A stretch of 64,000 nucleotides of DNA from the human T2T-CHM13v2.0 reference genome, Homo sapiens, in assembly GCF_009914755.1 (NCBI RefSeq), contig NC_060926.1; one strand, written 5' to 3'. Below, in pieces: positions 16,206-35,319 of this stretch (positions within the stretch are counted from its first letter, which is position 1; each line of letters begins with the position of its first letter). The translations under genes were made by a program, and so were the position numbers. The notes below the pieces were generated by a model. The model had not been told where the DNA came from, did not search any database, and worked only from the letters and a program-made list of their open reading frames with translations.

Positions 16206-16535
16206 TGCTACCGTCTTAATGTCCCCCCACCCCCCAATTCACATGTTGAGACCTAATCACCAATGCAATAATATTAAGAGGTGAGACCTTTAGGGGGTGA
16301 TTAGATCACTGAGATGAAGCCCTCATGAATGGAATGAGAGCTCTGATAAAAAAGGTGTGAGGAAGCTTGTTTGGCCCTTCTACCACGTGAGAGAAAAGGA
16401 ACCATCTGTGAAGAATTGGCCCTCATCAGGCACCAAATTTACTGGCACCTTGATCTTGGACTTCCCAGCCTCCAGAATTGCAAGAAATAAATTTCTGTTG
16501 TTTGTCAGTATTTTTGTTTAGCAACAGACTAAGAA
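16206..16535 (+). mobile_element. MaLR LTR (MLT1A/MSTD-like)
   Basis: tgcta...aattcacatgttgagacctaatc...gcaccttgatcttggacttcccagcctccagaa...aataaatttctgttg...cagactaaga. Confidence 0.8.
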
Positions 16536-17379
16536 AGAGCCTTTGGCATTTCATTAATGCTAATCAGCTGAATTGTGAGACTGTTTATATCAACATTTGA
16601 TTCTATGAAAACTAGGGAAACTGGATATTTCTTTACATCTTCATTGATTACATATCATTTTTATGCATGATGAATTGTTGATTAATATACTTAGTTTACA
16701 TGTTTGCTTATATTTTCTTCTTTAATTTCTTTGACCATTTCATGTGCTGCATAAAGTAACCCTTCATTTTATGTGCTGCAAATAGTTTATTTTATTGTGT
16801 TTCTTTTTCAAATGTGGATGTTTCATTTGTATTTACCCAAATCACTGAACTTGCTTTTTATATTTTCTTCCATGTCTATCAACCTTATTGAAGAAAGCCA
16901 AATATTTCTAGGATTTTCCATTTTTTTTTCCTTTAATTTTTGGTTCAACTGATACTTTTTTTGTGGTGCCAATCTTTGTCTTTTTTCCCTCCAAATGGCT
17001 AAGGAATTGTACAGTCAACTCTCAATTATTCACAAGTTAGGGAGATTGGCATAACATGCATGGTTATAATACTATTAATTCCCCCCAATGAGTACAGAAA
17101 ATTATCTGTTTTCCCTCTGTAAAGCTTTCACTTCAATAAACTCTTGACCCAAAGCATCAGCTTGCAATATTAACACTTATCTTCTTTGCAAAAAGATAAA
17201 ACTGGTTTCACTGGGTGACTGTGCTTTACTTGGTCTTAGTCTTCCCACCCATGATATAAGACATGTTTTAGGGGATTCTCAAAGACTATCTCAACTTTGA
17301 AATTGTGTTATTCTTATGAGCACAGTTGACATCCATCACTGTATTAACAAGAAACATAAACCAACCTGCCTTCCTGAGA

Positions 17380-17555
17380 GCAAGGGTCAAAACTGCAGCC
17401 CTTGGGCCATATCTGACCAGTAGCCAGTTTTATAAGGCACTTGAGCTAGTTTTTACATTTTTAAAGAGTTGCTACAGCAGCAGCAAGAATATTTCATAGA
17501 GATCCAGAGATCATGTGGAGCCCTTTAGAGAATGATCTTATTGACCCCTGCTTTA
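17380..17555. mobile_element. MER58-like hAT DNA transposon remnant
   Basis: caagggtcaaaactgcagcccttgggccatatctg ... ttgacccctgct inverted termini. Confidence 0.55.
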
Positions 17556-17619
17556 GGGTCAGCAGTTATGTCTTTTGTTATCACCAGCACCTCTTCAAAA
17601 GTACCATCGGCAGAGAAGG

Positions 17620-18030
17620 GTATGTGCACCATGTTTCCTTTTCTTCCTGTTCACAGAATTAGAACCTATTTCCCAGCACCCCTTGCAATTAGGGCAGGCC
17701 ACTGGCTGAACCTTGCAGAATGGGATGTGGGCTGATGTGAGGAATGCCACCTCTAGACTTCTACTAATCCTATGCCCTTCTGGAGATGCATCACACTCCC
17801 TCTTTTTCCTGTAAGCCTGTTGTATACAGAAAATCCAGCAGAAGAAACTAGTACTTTAGAAGATGGTGGAGACTTAAGGTAGAGGGAACCTGAGTCCCTG
17901 ACTGACTTCATGGTAGGTTATACACTGACAAAGAACATCCCATCTGACTCAAATATAAGCTCATGTTGGTAGAGACAGTGAAATGTGGCCATTAATTACA
18001 ACAGCTGCTAGTATTTATCCCAGCTAATCT
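17620..18030 (+). mobile_element. Old MLT1 (J/K-like) LTR
   Basis: ttcccagcaccccttgcaattaggg...gaatgggatgtgggc...gaacctgagtccctga. Confidence 0.55.
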
Positions 18031-18619
18031 TCCCATCATAGCTCAGCTACCGTGTTACTTCTGTCTGCTTTCAGCTTGGAAACCAGAACACCAATACTGT
18101 TAAAAACAAAATTGTGACACTAAGGACTAGTCAGTGTCTGAGTGAAAGATTCTATTACATTAATTGAGAGCAAGAACGGAGATTTGGGGAGATCAAAGGC
18201 CTTTGTCGATTTCCAGTTTGAGACTTTTTTTCTGAGAGACAATTTTGATTAAAGAGTGATCTTCAAACAAGTGGAGTGTCAGGCTGTCATCATTATCTGT
18301 GTTGAGTCTCCCTTCTTCCTACGTTAGGGCTGGTGCTAATCACAGGTGAATGGCTTAAAGTGAGTATAAGTACACTGTAACTAACCACTCACAAGGTTTA
18401 GTTCTAAAGCGATATGAAGAAAAACTCTCCTTGGATATTCATATTGCCTGGGAAGGTCACAGAAATAATTCTAGTAAGTTTCTAAAACAGAGTGCCTCCA
18501 TGACAGTATGGGAAATACTATATCCAGAATATTTGTACATCACAACAACAACAAATAGGTGTTGACTAGTAAAGCGAACCTGTCCTATTTGGATAAGTTA
18601 AAGAGAATGAAGGAAGTTA

Positions 18620-18830
18620 GCCATTCTAGATTTGAATTCTTGCTGCCCCCTTTAGTAACTGTGTGACTTTTTATGCACACAATCTCTCTGTTCTTCTGTT
18701 TCCTCACTTGTAAATAGAGAAAAAGTATAATAATGATATCTACCACATAGCGTTGCAGTAAAGATTAAATATATTATTATCTTTAGTTTAAAACAGTGCA
18801 GGCACATGTAAATATTCATTTATTCTTATT
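18620..18830 (+). mobile_element. MIR SINE
   Basis: aactgtgtgactt...ctgtttcctcacttgtaaa...ctaccacatagcgttgcagtaaagattaaat. Confidence 0.7.
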
Positions 18831-20515
18831 ATTACATGGATGCAAAATAAAGGAATTAGTTCTATGTGCGAGACCTAATGTCACACTTTGGAAATCTCCA
18901 TATCCTTTCAGTCATGCATTTCTGTGAACACCCCCCTAGTATTTCACTTTTGTCTAAATTATCCAGTAATTTGTTCCAAGCCAAATTTTAAGATTAGGCT
19001 TGAGTTATAGTTGTAACAAGTGGACAGGAAGTGAAGGATATTCCACTGAGATGTAATAACAGGGGAAAGACATAGAAGTTGGAAAGTGGGGTGTGCTTGG
19101 TTAGATTAGTTTTGGTGGCTATCTTTATAGTACAGCATATTTTTCTGGTGGTCCTATGTTCTAAAAATGAGAGTTAGAAACAAAAATCGCAAACAAACAA
19201 AAATCCCATTATTTTTATCTTCTCTAAAGAAAAGAAGAAAGTAGTCTTTCTTTCAAAATGCCATAAACCCTAGATACCTCTAAGACTTCTTTACATTTTG
19301 AATTGGAAGAAAAGGAAATTCATGATCAAAAGAAAACAGTCTATTTTGAAGAAAATCTTTAAGTTGCTACTGGATATACATTATTTAATTGCTTGCAAAT
19401 GAACAACATTTGGCAGTTTGGATTATCTTGAGAATCTGGGTCTTTGCACATTTTTTAAAAATAAGGGTATCTGTTTTTCCTTTGCTAAAATTTATAGTTG
19501 CTCAGAGAGCAGTATGAGGAACTCTATTCTTATTCAGTGCATTTTGAAGGGCTTGCTTCATTTTCCTCAAGGAGAGGGAGATACTTTTTTTTTTTTTTTT
19601 GTCAGAAGGTTTGAAGTCACCTTGTATTCAGTCTCTTAAACAAGTGATAGTTTATCATGAAGAAAAATATATTCAGATATCACATGCAATATGAACACAC
19701 TAGTTCCTGCTATTAATTCATTATTCTTAGTCCATGCTGCATGCTCCATAGCCTAACATAGTGAAATGAAAGAAATTTTATATATTTTAGTTCTGTCCCT
19801 CTACTGGCAGTGGGAGTAAATCCCAAAGTATTTCAGCAGGTGCTATTAATATGCAAATAACAGAGAATACACTATTTCTAATAGACCTCCCAACTGCATG
19901 GGAGGCATCGCTGTTGGAGCAAATTAGCTTTCTGTAATTTGCATGCTTTTCCCAACCACCTGGGATTATATTTTAGATCAGAGACAATAAAAGCATATGC
20001 AGTTAGCTTAAAATGTAACTAATTTTAGACTTTGAAACAATTTTAACCTAACTTCTTTGTGGTGTTAAACAGCTATTTGCAAAGAAACTTTTATAACAGT
20101 GTATAATTTTCATAGCGTTGATTTGCCATGAATGGCCCCATTTCTCTAGCATAAAAACAAATGTGGGAACAGACCAGGTGTATACATTTCCCAATTGACT
20201 GAAAAGACACAAGAGGGTGGTGAACTAGAAGCCTGGAAGTATGGATTGTTTGGACAATTCCAAAGGACAGTATTAAATTAAGAGAGAATATGAAATCGGC
20301 CCAAATTGAGTGATCAGCCATAACAGTCTATGGCCAGAGGAACAAGCCATAATCATGAAGCCTATTTAGTCCACCCATGAATCTCACACTGTCTATATGT
20401 CTGAATACATTAACCAAAATCTCAATAAACCAATAAATATTAAATTAACTGATTTTAGTGATGCCAACCTGTATCTTACAAATAATGTATTATTGGAAAT
20501 TTTAACCCAGGTTAT

Positions 20516-23060
<2,545 letters not shown>

Positions 23061-24759
23061 GAAAAGTTTTTTGAAAAATATTCAGCCAATCAGGGGGCAT
23101 CCCAAGTCATTGGGAATTTAGCATAATTTGTCAGGACCACATTTTTCCATTACTCTCATTAGGGAGAAGATGAAAATTGTACCAACTAATGCACACTTCA
23201 TTGAGAAAACAAGTTACTTTGATCCCTCCTTGAGCTTGATAATCCCGTTTTTTTTTAAATAAAAATATTTAGATGATATTTTAGCTTTTTTGCTGTCTTA
23301 AATCCACATATGAAAATTAAATTGAAGAAATAAAATTACTAGATGTTTAAAGCTTAAATGTCACCTTTGAGTATGTGATTTTGATTTGGAGCACAAATTA
23401 TCTAATGACTATTATTCTGCATTTCTTTTTATTTCTATTTATATAGACACCACTATATCAGTTTAAAATATATTCATATGAAAATATCTCATAAATTAGA
23501 ATTACTTATGAAAATGTCCTGTCTAAATATGTTCCTACCCATCAGTCCTGTAATAAGTAACTTACTACAAGTAAAATGACTTAGAGAAAAAGAAGAAAAA
23601 TAAAAGATAACTTTCCTATGAGGAAATAATATAATGGTCATTCCAATATTTCTGGTTACACTGTGGACTAATTAAATTCAAGTTATTTCTGTGCATTAAT
23701 TTTGCACAGATGTGTGAATCAACTTGCAATAAATAATTCAACCATTCAACATACTCTGAATCTGCAAAGTAAAAAACTATTAAATATGTCAAATTTGGCC
23801 AAATCATTAATTTCACCTATGTATATATATTTATATGTGAATATAATATTATTTTAATCTATGAATTAAAGCTTTAAATATGTTATTTTGTACTCCATGA
23901 TTACATTTTGAAAAATTATTTTTCCATATCAAGTAGAAAGAGAATTCATGTATGGTATACACAAGTAAAGCAACACATTATGAAAAGAAGTTATTTGAAA
24001 AAAGACACTGAGAATAATAATTTTGCAATAAAACTAAAATATTATATCAAATAATTATAAGAGGCATAATTATATATACATAATTTTACATCTATTATTT
24101 GTATAATTACTCCCAAATATGGCACAGGTTATGTTTGGTATCATGTATCTTCTTCAACTTCTGTCCCTCCAAATCAACCCTCTTAAAGCTCTGCCCCGGC
24201 CCATCATTTTTATCTTCCTTGTCTAATCATATTACCCAATGAATGGCTCTCTTTTTACCTTTTTGTTGATAATACAGCTCTTATACTTTTGGTTTTTCTC
24301 TTAAGCTGAAGATTTGAATTCAGTCCATGCATTAATGAAAGTCTAACTCAGATATGGACTCCACCAATGAAGTTTCAATATTGCTGCTCACTCAAACCCC
24401 TCTCTCATTCTCGGGAGTCCCAGGAAGATTTTGGCTGTGGGGTCCTCAATTCATCCTATTCTTAACATATGTCATGTCCTCCATTTTTAAGTTGTATTAC
24501 AAATGTCTTATTTCCTTTGACTAAACTGTATGCATCCTGACAGCACGGTGTGTTATCGTGTGCTAAGACCAATTCCTTGAATATCGCATGAACTCCAGAA
24601 ATACTTGTTAAATAATATGTAAAATCTTTATCAACATCAATGTATCCTCTTACCCACTGTGTTAGATATGGGGAGAGCTTTATATTTTGTATCTCCCTCC
24701 TCCTCACTTCTTTCCACAGGTATTTACTCTTCCCACAGAGAGTGATTAACTATGTAAGC

Positions 24760-24915
24760 CGAGAACACATTTTGAGACTCAACTGAGTTTGTATTGCTTA
24801 AGTGACCTTAGGTACATCATTTACCTCTATTTGTGAAATATTAAAGGCTTAATCTATCAACCCCTCTGAGTTGCTGTGAGGATTATCTAATGCAATTTGC
24901 TTTGCACAGACATGT
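24760..24915 (+). mobile_element. MIR SINE
   Basis: gtgaccttaggtacatcatttacctct...gttgctgtgaggattatctaatgca. Confidence 0.6.
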
Positions 24916-25819
24916 TCTGAAGAAAGGTTTTGATAAACAGACACTGGCAGTTCTTGGTATTCCAGTCCGGGCCAGCAATGCCTGAAGCTGCTGAGGGGCC
25001 TGGCTGCCTCTCCACTGGGACAACATCGGAATGTCCTCACTTTTAGTTACTTGGCTAGCACCTTCATGACAAAAAGTCTTTACGGTCTCTGCTTTTCTCA
25101 CAGAGTGAGAGTAATTGTTTGGACATGATCTCCTTACCGGCTGACTTCAAGTCATGGAGAACTTTTTTGGCAGCTGATGTGAAACATTCTGGTCAGACAT
25201 GTTTGGGGCCTCAAGTCACAGACCTGTGTTTATTTTTATTGAAAAAGAGCAGACCAGGGAGACTTGGCCCCATGGCCTTTATTCTAGTAGCACACAACAG
25301 CAGAGCCCTGAGTCCAACGATAGAGAGAAAAATGTTTCAAGTATTTTCACCAAAGAACACAAGAAGATTACCAGGTTTTAGTCTGAGCAAAAGATTGCTC
25401 TTCTAGGTACATTACACAGATGTAAGCCAATGAAGATTTCTTTTTTGAAAAAAGTCACACTAGTTACTCTGAAAAATATCCTAAACACATCTCAGCTTAA
25501 ATAGAGAAGTTTTGCCTTTTCCTAGAAATAACTGAGTCTATCCCCCACCCCCAATCCATGCCTTACCCTTTACAAACACCAAAACTTCTCTTTTTTGAAA
25601 GACGATAGTGTGGAATATAGGTTTCTTTACTGAATTTTGCATATTTTTTCATGTATATTCACAGACCATATTTGAAACCTCTGATTAATACTGGCGTATA
25701 CTCCTTTCTTTGTGACAAGACGTGAGTCTTCTTACATATCCTTCCTTAGGCCCTGTTCATGCACTGATCATTTTTATTGTCATGAAGAGATGGGCCACAG
25801 TTTGCATATATTGACCACT

Positions 25820-26025
25820 TTCTGTGAGCTCATCACTATGCCAGGAGCTTTACATCACTTCCTTTCATCTTCACAACTACCCTCAAAGGCAGATAGCATT
25901 ATACTGATTTTAAAGGTGAGAAGATTGATTCTCTGAGAGGCCCAAAGAAAAACTGCTAAATAACAATGAAGCCAACATTTATATTTAAGGCAGGCTGACT
26001 GTAGTTTTCACATTCTTTCCATTAT
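25820..26025 (-). mobile_element. MIR SINE
   Basis: cactatgccaggagctttaca...cttcacaactaccct...ttttaaaggtgagaag. Confidence 0.65.
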
Positions 26026-27159
26026 ACAACAAGAATGAATAAATAAATACCCATAAATAACACACAAACACACATATGTATATCTACACACAGAACACCT
26101 GTTGTTGAGGCTTCACGGCACCTAAAATAATCTGATATTAGACAAAAACCAATTTGTCATTTCAGTGATTAGCAGATGACGTAAGTACTACTGAAACAAA
26201 ATACTTGTCGTATTATCACTGGTTCTTTTAGAAAGTCATAGGCACAGATTCATATACAGAAACATTTCCATGACTCACATATACAAAGGAAGACCTGTGG
26301 AAAAACTCTTTCCCCCAGTCTGCTGATTTAATCTCTTTTCTTTCATATCTCCAGGTGGCTCTAATCCAGCAGACTATGGCACTAGAAGGACAGGCTGGCA
26401 GATGCTCAATGGGCACAAGTGTTCAGGCTGAAAGATGTTGAGCAAGCATTTGGAATGGAGATGGGGTAAGAAGTAGTTACTATCTCCCAGATTCTGGATG
26501 GAGAACCTCGGTCCCAAGCAGAACTAGCAGCCTTCCTGACCAAGAGCTCAACCACTGATGGACTGGAACAGGGTGGCTGATTATCCCCGACCACAGCAGA
26601 GATTGTTTGCACAGTCTACAGCAAAGCTGAGCCTATAGATGATTAAATGCTCACAGCTTCAAAGATTAGAGGGCTAAAGGCGGCAGGAGTAATTCAAGGA
26701 ACACCAATCCTGCTCTTTCCTATCTGTATTTTAGCCTTCTTGTTTAAGCCTTCCAGAGCATGATTACTCTTCAGCAGACCATGGTAATATGTGCTTGGGA
26801 AAAAACAAAATTAAACTAGTGTTTCAGGAATTCTTTCATAATGTAATCTGAACCAGTCCTTATTAATGAGGCCAAAGTATTTCCCATCCAACTGAAGTCC
26901 TGCAATTATTTAAATGTGTAAGTGAAACCATTCTTTATACCTTCATTCACAGTCCATTTAAGTCAGAAACTGAGTTTACTTGGTTTACTAACTGGGCATT
27001 AGGCACCATTTGAGCAGCTTAAGAACTATCAACAATTGCAATGGTCCATAATAAATATATATACAATTATATCTATATAGACTGTCCTTCATAGTTAAAA
27101 ATGATGTTGTTGATTCAGGTACTAATCACATGATTCACTGTAACCGCACAGATAAAATT

Positions 27160-27385
27160 TAGTGTATATATGCTTGAGGATTTGCCATTTAAAGAGCATT
27201 TACATTGTCTCATTTATTACTCAACATAACCCAGGTAATTTGGTGTCGTTATTATTATTACTACTATTTTACCATGAAGGAAACAAGATTCAGAGATACA
27301 TACTGATAATTGTGGGTTATTTGAACTCAGATAATGTGAGACCATATAATCAGGAAGCAGGAGACCAAAGCTCTTTACATATAAT
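27160..27385 (-). mobile_element. MIR SINE (with a foreign insert near 27300)
   Basis: ctcatttattactcaacataaccc...attttaccatgaaggaaacaagattcagaga. Confidence 0.55.
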
Positions 27386-28899
27386 GTATATATGCGTACC
27401 ATAAATAAGCATGATTATTTCTTTCATAATTACTCTCCAAAATTCTGTTAGCTATCATACTTGAGTATCGGTCATTTATATGAAATACAACACCCATTTT
27501 AAGAATGGTCATTTTATGTCATTAAATCTACATGTAGATGAATTATTCTTTTATCAGTTCTTTCATTGGAGTATTTAAGTTATTTATTTGAGGCATTTAG
27601 TTATTATTTGTGAATATAATAGAATTTTGCAGCAAAGGATATAAAAATAACATTTTTCAAGTCTAATGTGATTCACATTTTATTTTAAATTTAATCATAT
27701 GTTTAATTTAAAAATATACTATACAGTTCATGTGTATCAACAGTTTTCTTCAAGTCACAGTATATTAAAAGTAGGCATTTTAATTTAAGTATATTCTTAG
27801 AGGTTGAAAAATATTGGAAAACTTTAATAATGTAATTTCATACCTTGATGCCTAGTATTCAAAGCCTTGTAGATTTTCACTGTTATAAAAGAGAGCTCAT
27901 GAAAATTATTTGATTATGTCATTTTGGACAGAGAAGAAGAAAGGTTTTTATTGACTTCATTCCTTTCAAATCACTTTGCCTTGGAAATATTTCTGAAAGA
28001 TTGCTCAGAGTAATTAATATGAGGGAAGAGTAGACTATAGTACAGGAGAACTGACTAGAAATTCCTAATGTAGCCTCTCCCGAAATCCCAGTAAAGATCC
28101 ATAAATGCCTAAAAAAGATAAAAAGTCACAAAACTTTAATAAAAAAAGTTAAGTAAGCTATTGCCAAAAGTTGGGAGAATATTTTACTACCCACAAAATC
28201 TATGTAGTTGTATGAAACAGCACAATTTGCCATTATGCATATGGTGCTAAAACAAGGATCCTATAGGCCTGATAAAAAAGAGAAATATAATTTCTCCCTC
28301 TATCATTGCTTGTCTTGGAAGCAGATAGCCCTGCCCTAAGAAAGCTTTGCTCCATAGGTATCTTATTTCGACATAAATTATTGTTTCTAATTTTTCATGT
28401 TTAAATTTCCCCTACAATTCAGAAAGTAAATCCCCAGAAAACAAAAAGGCAAGAAATAGGGAGATGCTGATGGAAATCTATTTTATCTTTGAGGTATAAC
28501 CACAATAAATTTAGCACTGTGGATAGGAGCGGTGACAGGAGGATGTTTGTTGGTGGGAAATACTGATAATTGTAGGTTATTTGAACTTAACTGGTTTCAT
28601 GTCAGTGAATCATGCAATGAATGCTGGAGACAAACCTAACTCAGTCCAGCAGAGACATGCTTAAAATCTGTTCTACAGGCATAGATTGAGAATGGGATTT
28701 TAGTGATATTTAAATATAAGTGGTAATTAAGAAAGTTGTATATATCAACTGTTAGAAAAATACTGAGTATGATTCTATCATTTCCAATTTCAGAACCCGC
28801 AAAAAATGTTAGGCTACTATTTGGTATTGAAACAATAGGCAGGAATACGTGATTTATGTCAATCAAGAGAACAGAGAGTCATATAAGAATCATACTGAG

Positions 28900-29800
28900 T
28901 TGTAAAGAAAGTAAGATAAGGTAAAACATGAGATGAGTAACATAAGAAAAGATAATCGGTAAACTAAAATTAACAATAGTTAAATTAAAATCTGGACTGT
29001 GGATATTAAAGCAGAAAACTGGCTTACTATGTAGGAAGCAAACTTTAAAAGTTTTTTTTGGAATAATAGGGAAATAAAAATTTATGACAGAAGTTGATGG
29101 AAAAAAGATGACACAAACATGGAAACTAATATTTTTGGGAGAGAGAGAGAGAAAGACTAGGAAAAATGTATATCAGAAGCAATAATCAAAATGTTTTTAA
29201 AAAGAGAAAAGAATGGTTTTTTAGACAGGAAACACTTCATGCTTAGAAGCATTATTATAGCTAAAGTTTAAATTAGAGTTTATAAACATCTCCAAACATC
29301 CAAGCTAAAAAAAAAATAGGTTACCTACAGATAAACAAAATTAAGTCTTGCCTGAGACTTCTCCTTCACATTATTGAACAACATGAGGCCCTGCACTTTA
29401 AAGTCTACAGCAATCTTTGGGGAAATATTTGTGATTAAAATTTGAATAACATTTCAAGTTTATATTAATAGGTGAAAAAAATTCATTCTCAGATATTTGG
29501 GGAGGATAAATTTAGCATCCATTTTACTTCTTGGGAAAAAATTATTTAAGACTTATTGGAGACCTATTTCAGGCAATTGAGTGATGAATCAAGATTACAA
29601 AGTCATGAAAGGGAAATAGGATATTGGATTTTTCTTAAATGTTACGATTCTGAACACTGAAATCAGTATTGCAATGATTATGAGTCAAAAAGTAATTCAT
29701 GCTACTATAACTAACTACAAAATGTAATGCAGGAGTCAGAAATATTTTTGAAAGAAAAAATGTGATGCAAAATATAATAATTGATATTAATCTAAGTCTA
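28900..29800 (+). mobile_element. Very old L1 ORF1-like / HAL1-like remnant
   Basis: ggttacctacagataaacaaaattaagtcttgcctgagacttctcc resembles the ORF1 C-terminal region; A-rich + strand. Confidence 0.45.
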
Positions 29801-30082
29801 AAATTATAAGGAACAAATTCTAAAAAGAAATTGAGAGTAAAATTTTACTAATTTCCCCAAGTTATTAGTAGAGTTTAAAAATACCGTTTTTGTCTTTTAA
29901 AATAATTTCTTAATTACTAAAAGACATATTCATTTGGGAAAATAAGCAACATAAATATGTGTATAATTTAAGTAGCAGATTCCCCACTTATACCCCCTGT
30001 CATGTAAACGATGTAACCACAAAAAACTAGTGTGGTTTGTATTTTCAAGAACTATAAAGAGTTAGGTAGAATATAGGAGAAT

Positions 30083-30126
30083 GTATATGTGTGTGTGTGT
30101 GTGTGTATATATATAATATATATATA
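30083..30126. repeat. (TG)n(TA)n microsatellite
   Basis: Seen directly. Confidence 0.9.
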
Positions 30127-31233
30127 GGGAGAGAATGAGTATAATATCTGTATCTTTTGATATTGTACCTATATATTACATATGAAATTCAAAATTGTTT
30201 TTATAAATATTTTCTACAAAATTATATAATAGACATACTATTTTACAATTGGTTTTCTGCACTCAGAAAGCTATAATAGACATTCTTATTCACTAGATAT
30301 ACCTAAGTTTAAGAACATGTACATATTTAAATATGTAATCTTGATAATTTAACCATTTTTTATAATAAATTATAGATTGTCTCTAGATAGATATTATTAA
30401 ATTAATGATGCAGTATACACTCTTGAACATACATCGTTGTATACCTATAGTATTTTTGGAAGATATGCTTCTAGAAGCACAATATTTGTTTTAGTGAATA
30501 TGCATACTTTTTATCTCAAACAACACCATTTGGTCCTTTCTCAAGGAATTCAGCCTTTAACCTAAGCAAAAGCCCTAAGACTGACTCTCAGAACAACAAG
30601 AGTACCCCATCTGGTAATTTGCTCATGCTTCCTGAGCAAGGGACTACTAAAGCCACAAGGCAGGCATCCAGATGCATCCTTCCCCATATGTATATCATGG
30701 CTTGGGAGCTGTTAATGAAATTTTGTATTTACCTATCTTAGACAGTAAATATTTAGTTTTATTGAGGAAGGCACTGCAATGGATAGTAGTGATCACTTTA
30801 GATCCTTATTACAAATATCCACAAAATAGATGAGTAAGAACAACTATAATTTGGGGAAAATGTTTTAAAAATTATAAAACAAACAATAGAATTAAGAGTA
30901 ATCAGGCTGAACCATGACAGAAAATATATCCTAAGAAAACAGATGTAATGTAGGAAATAAAATAATTAAATGTATGTCCCTAGAAAGATTCAACGATTCA
31001 TTACAAACATAAAGCAAATGTATGCTGATATGAACCTCAAGCACACGAGAAAAATAAAATATAAAACAACACAGTCATGAAACAAAATAAATAGGGGTGC
31101 TGAAAAGTTGAACTGATACTACTTGATATTACTTAAAACTGAAATAATAATGTAGATTCAGACTGCAAGGGACAATAACAGCCAGATATCAATCAATATA
31201 AGTTATAATTAACTCTAAAGAATATTTAATGTC

Positions 31234-31589
31234 TGATATGATTTGACTCTGTGTCCCCACCCAAATCTCATCTTCAGTTATAATCCCCATGTGTTAGGGA
31301 GGGACCTGGTGTGAGGTGATTGGATCATGGGGGTGGTTTGCCCCATGCTGTTCTCATGATAGTGAGTGAGTTCTCACAAGACCTGATGGTTTTATAAGTG
31401 GTGGTTTCCCCTGCTCTTCTCTCTCCTGCCACTTTGTGAAGAAGGTGGCTGCTTTCCTTCTTCCATGACTGTAAGTTTTCTGAGGCCTCCCCAGCCACGT
31501 GGAATTGTGAGTGAATTAAACCTCTTTCCTTTGTAAATCACTCAGTCTCAGGGAAGTTCTTTATAGCAGTATTAAAATGAACTAATACA
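31234..31589 (+). mobile_element. Solo MaLR LTR (MSTA/THE1D-like)
   Basis: tgatatgatttgactctgtgtccccacccaaatctcatc...aactaataca; perfect 5-bp TSD atgtc at 31229-31233 and 31590-31594. Confidence 0.92.
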
Positions 31590-31774
31590 ATGTCACAATT
31601 ATTAATTGTCAGTTTTAAATAAGGATAGGCATAACATGAAAACAGTTTTACTATCTGGGAAAGAATTTCCAAATTGTTTCCATAAAGCTGAACAATGAAG
31701 AAAATTAAAAAAGAGGGGACGGGGATGCAAATAATACTGTCTTCGTTGAGGAAGAAATTACAGATACTAATTAA

Positions 31775-33990
<2,216 letters not shown>

Positions 33991-34023
33991 AAAATATTAT
34001 AGTGAGTGTGACCTCAAAAAATG

Positions 34024-34078
34024 TTAGATTTTTTGAAAATCTAAATTTTTTGAAAATCTAAATTATTTGAAAATTTTT
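34024..34078. repeat. 17-bp tandem repeat, about 3 copies (attttttgaaaatctaa)
   Basis: Seen directly; the first copy is preceded by its own partial inverse ttagatttt. Confidence 0.85.
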
Positions 34079-34494
34079 TTCTATATATATTTGAAAGCTA
34101 TCACCCAGGAATCAGATATCAGCCCTAATGTCCTCAGCATTCCATAGAGTAAATATTTCTGTCATGGCACATTTTAAGCTTCTAAAGTGACATCCCTGAA
34201 AGCAGAGTTGCAAAAAGATGTGCAGGAGCATATGCCATTATATAGTGTTTTCATCATATACAGACAACAGCTATAAATAATGTCAAGAGGATTGATAACA
34301 GAAAAAATATATTAAGGTAATTAAAAGATAATAACACTTTTTGTATTTCTTTCCTTTGGCTTCAATATAATCTATTTAAGTGTAGTTTATGTAACTTAAT
34401 TTTTAAAGATGGTTATATTTAAACAATCAGCTTGCACAATTTTTGAAAAATGTCTGTTATCTGTTCTGAGTTGCAATGCCGAGTATAGAGTAGC

Positions 34495-35290
<796 letters not shown>

Positions 35291-35319
35291 GCAGCTTTTG
35301 CTATTACTATGTTTAATCC

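Noticed and set aside
15828-16206. Two opposite-strand ORFs sharing the peptide PTLLPMYVFASNFITET
   Set aside because: A direct consequence of the DNA palindrome; no evidence of coding function.
24690-24760. Tandem acceptor-like sites followed by tat|gtaagc
   Set aside because: Weak donor context and adjacent to a MIR; likely a pseudo-exon.
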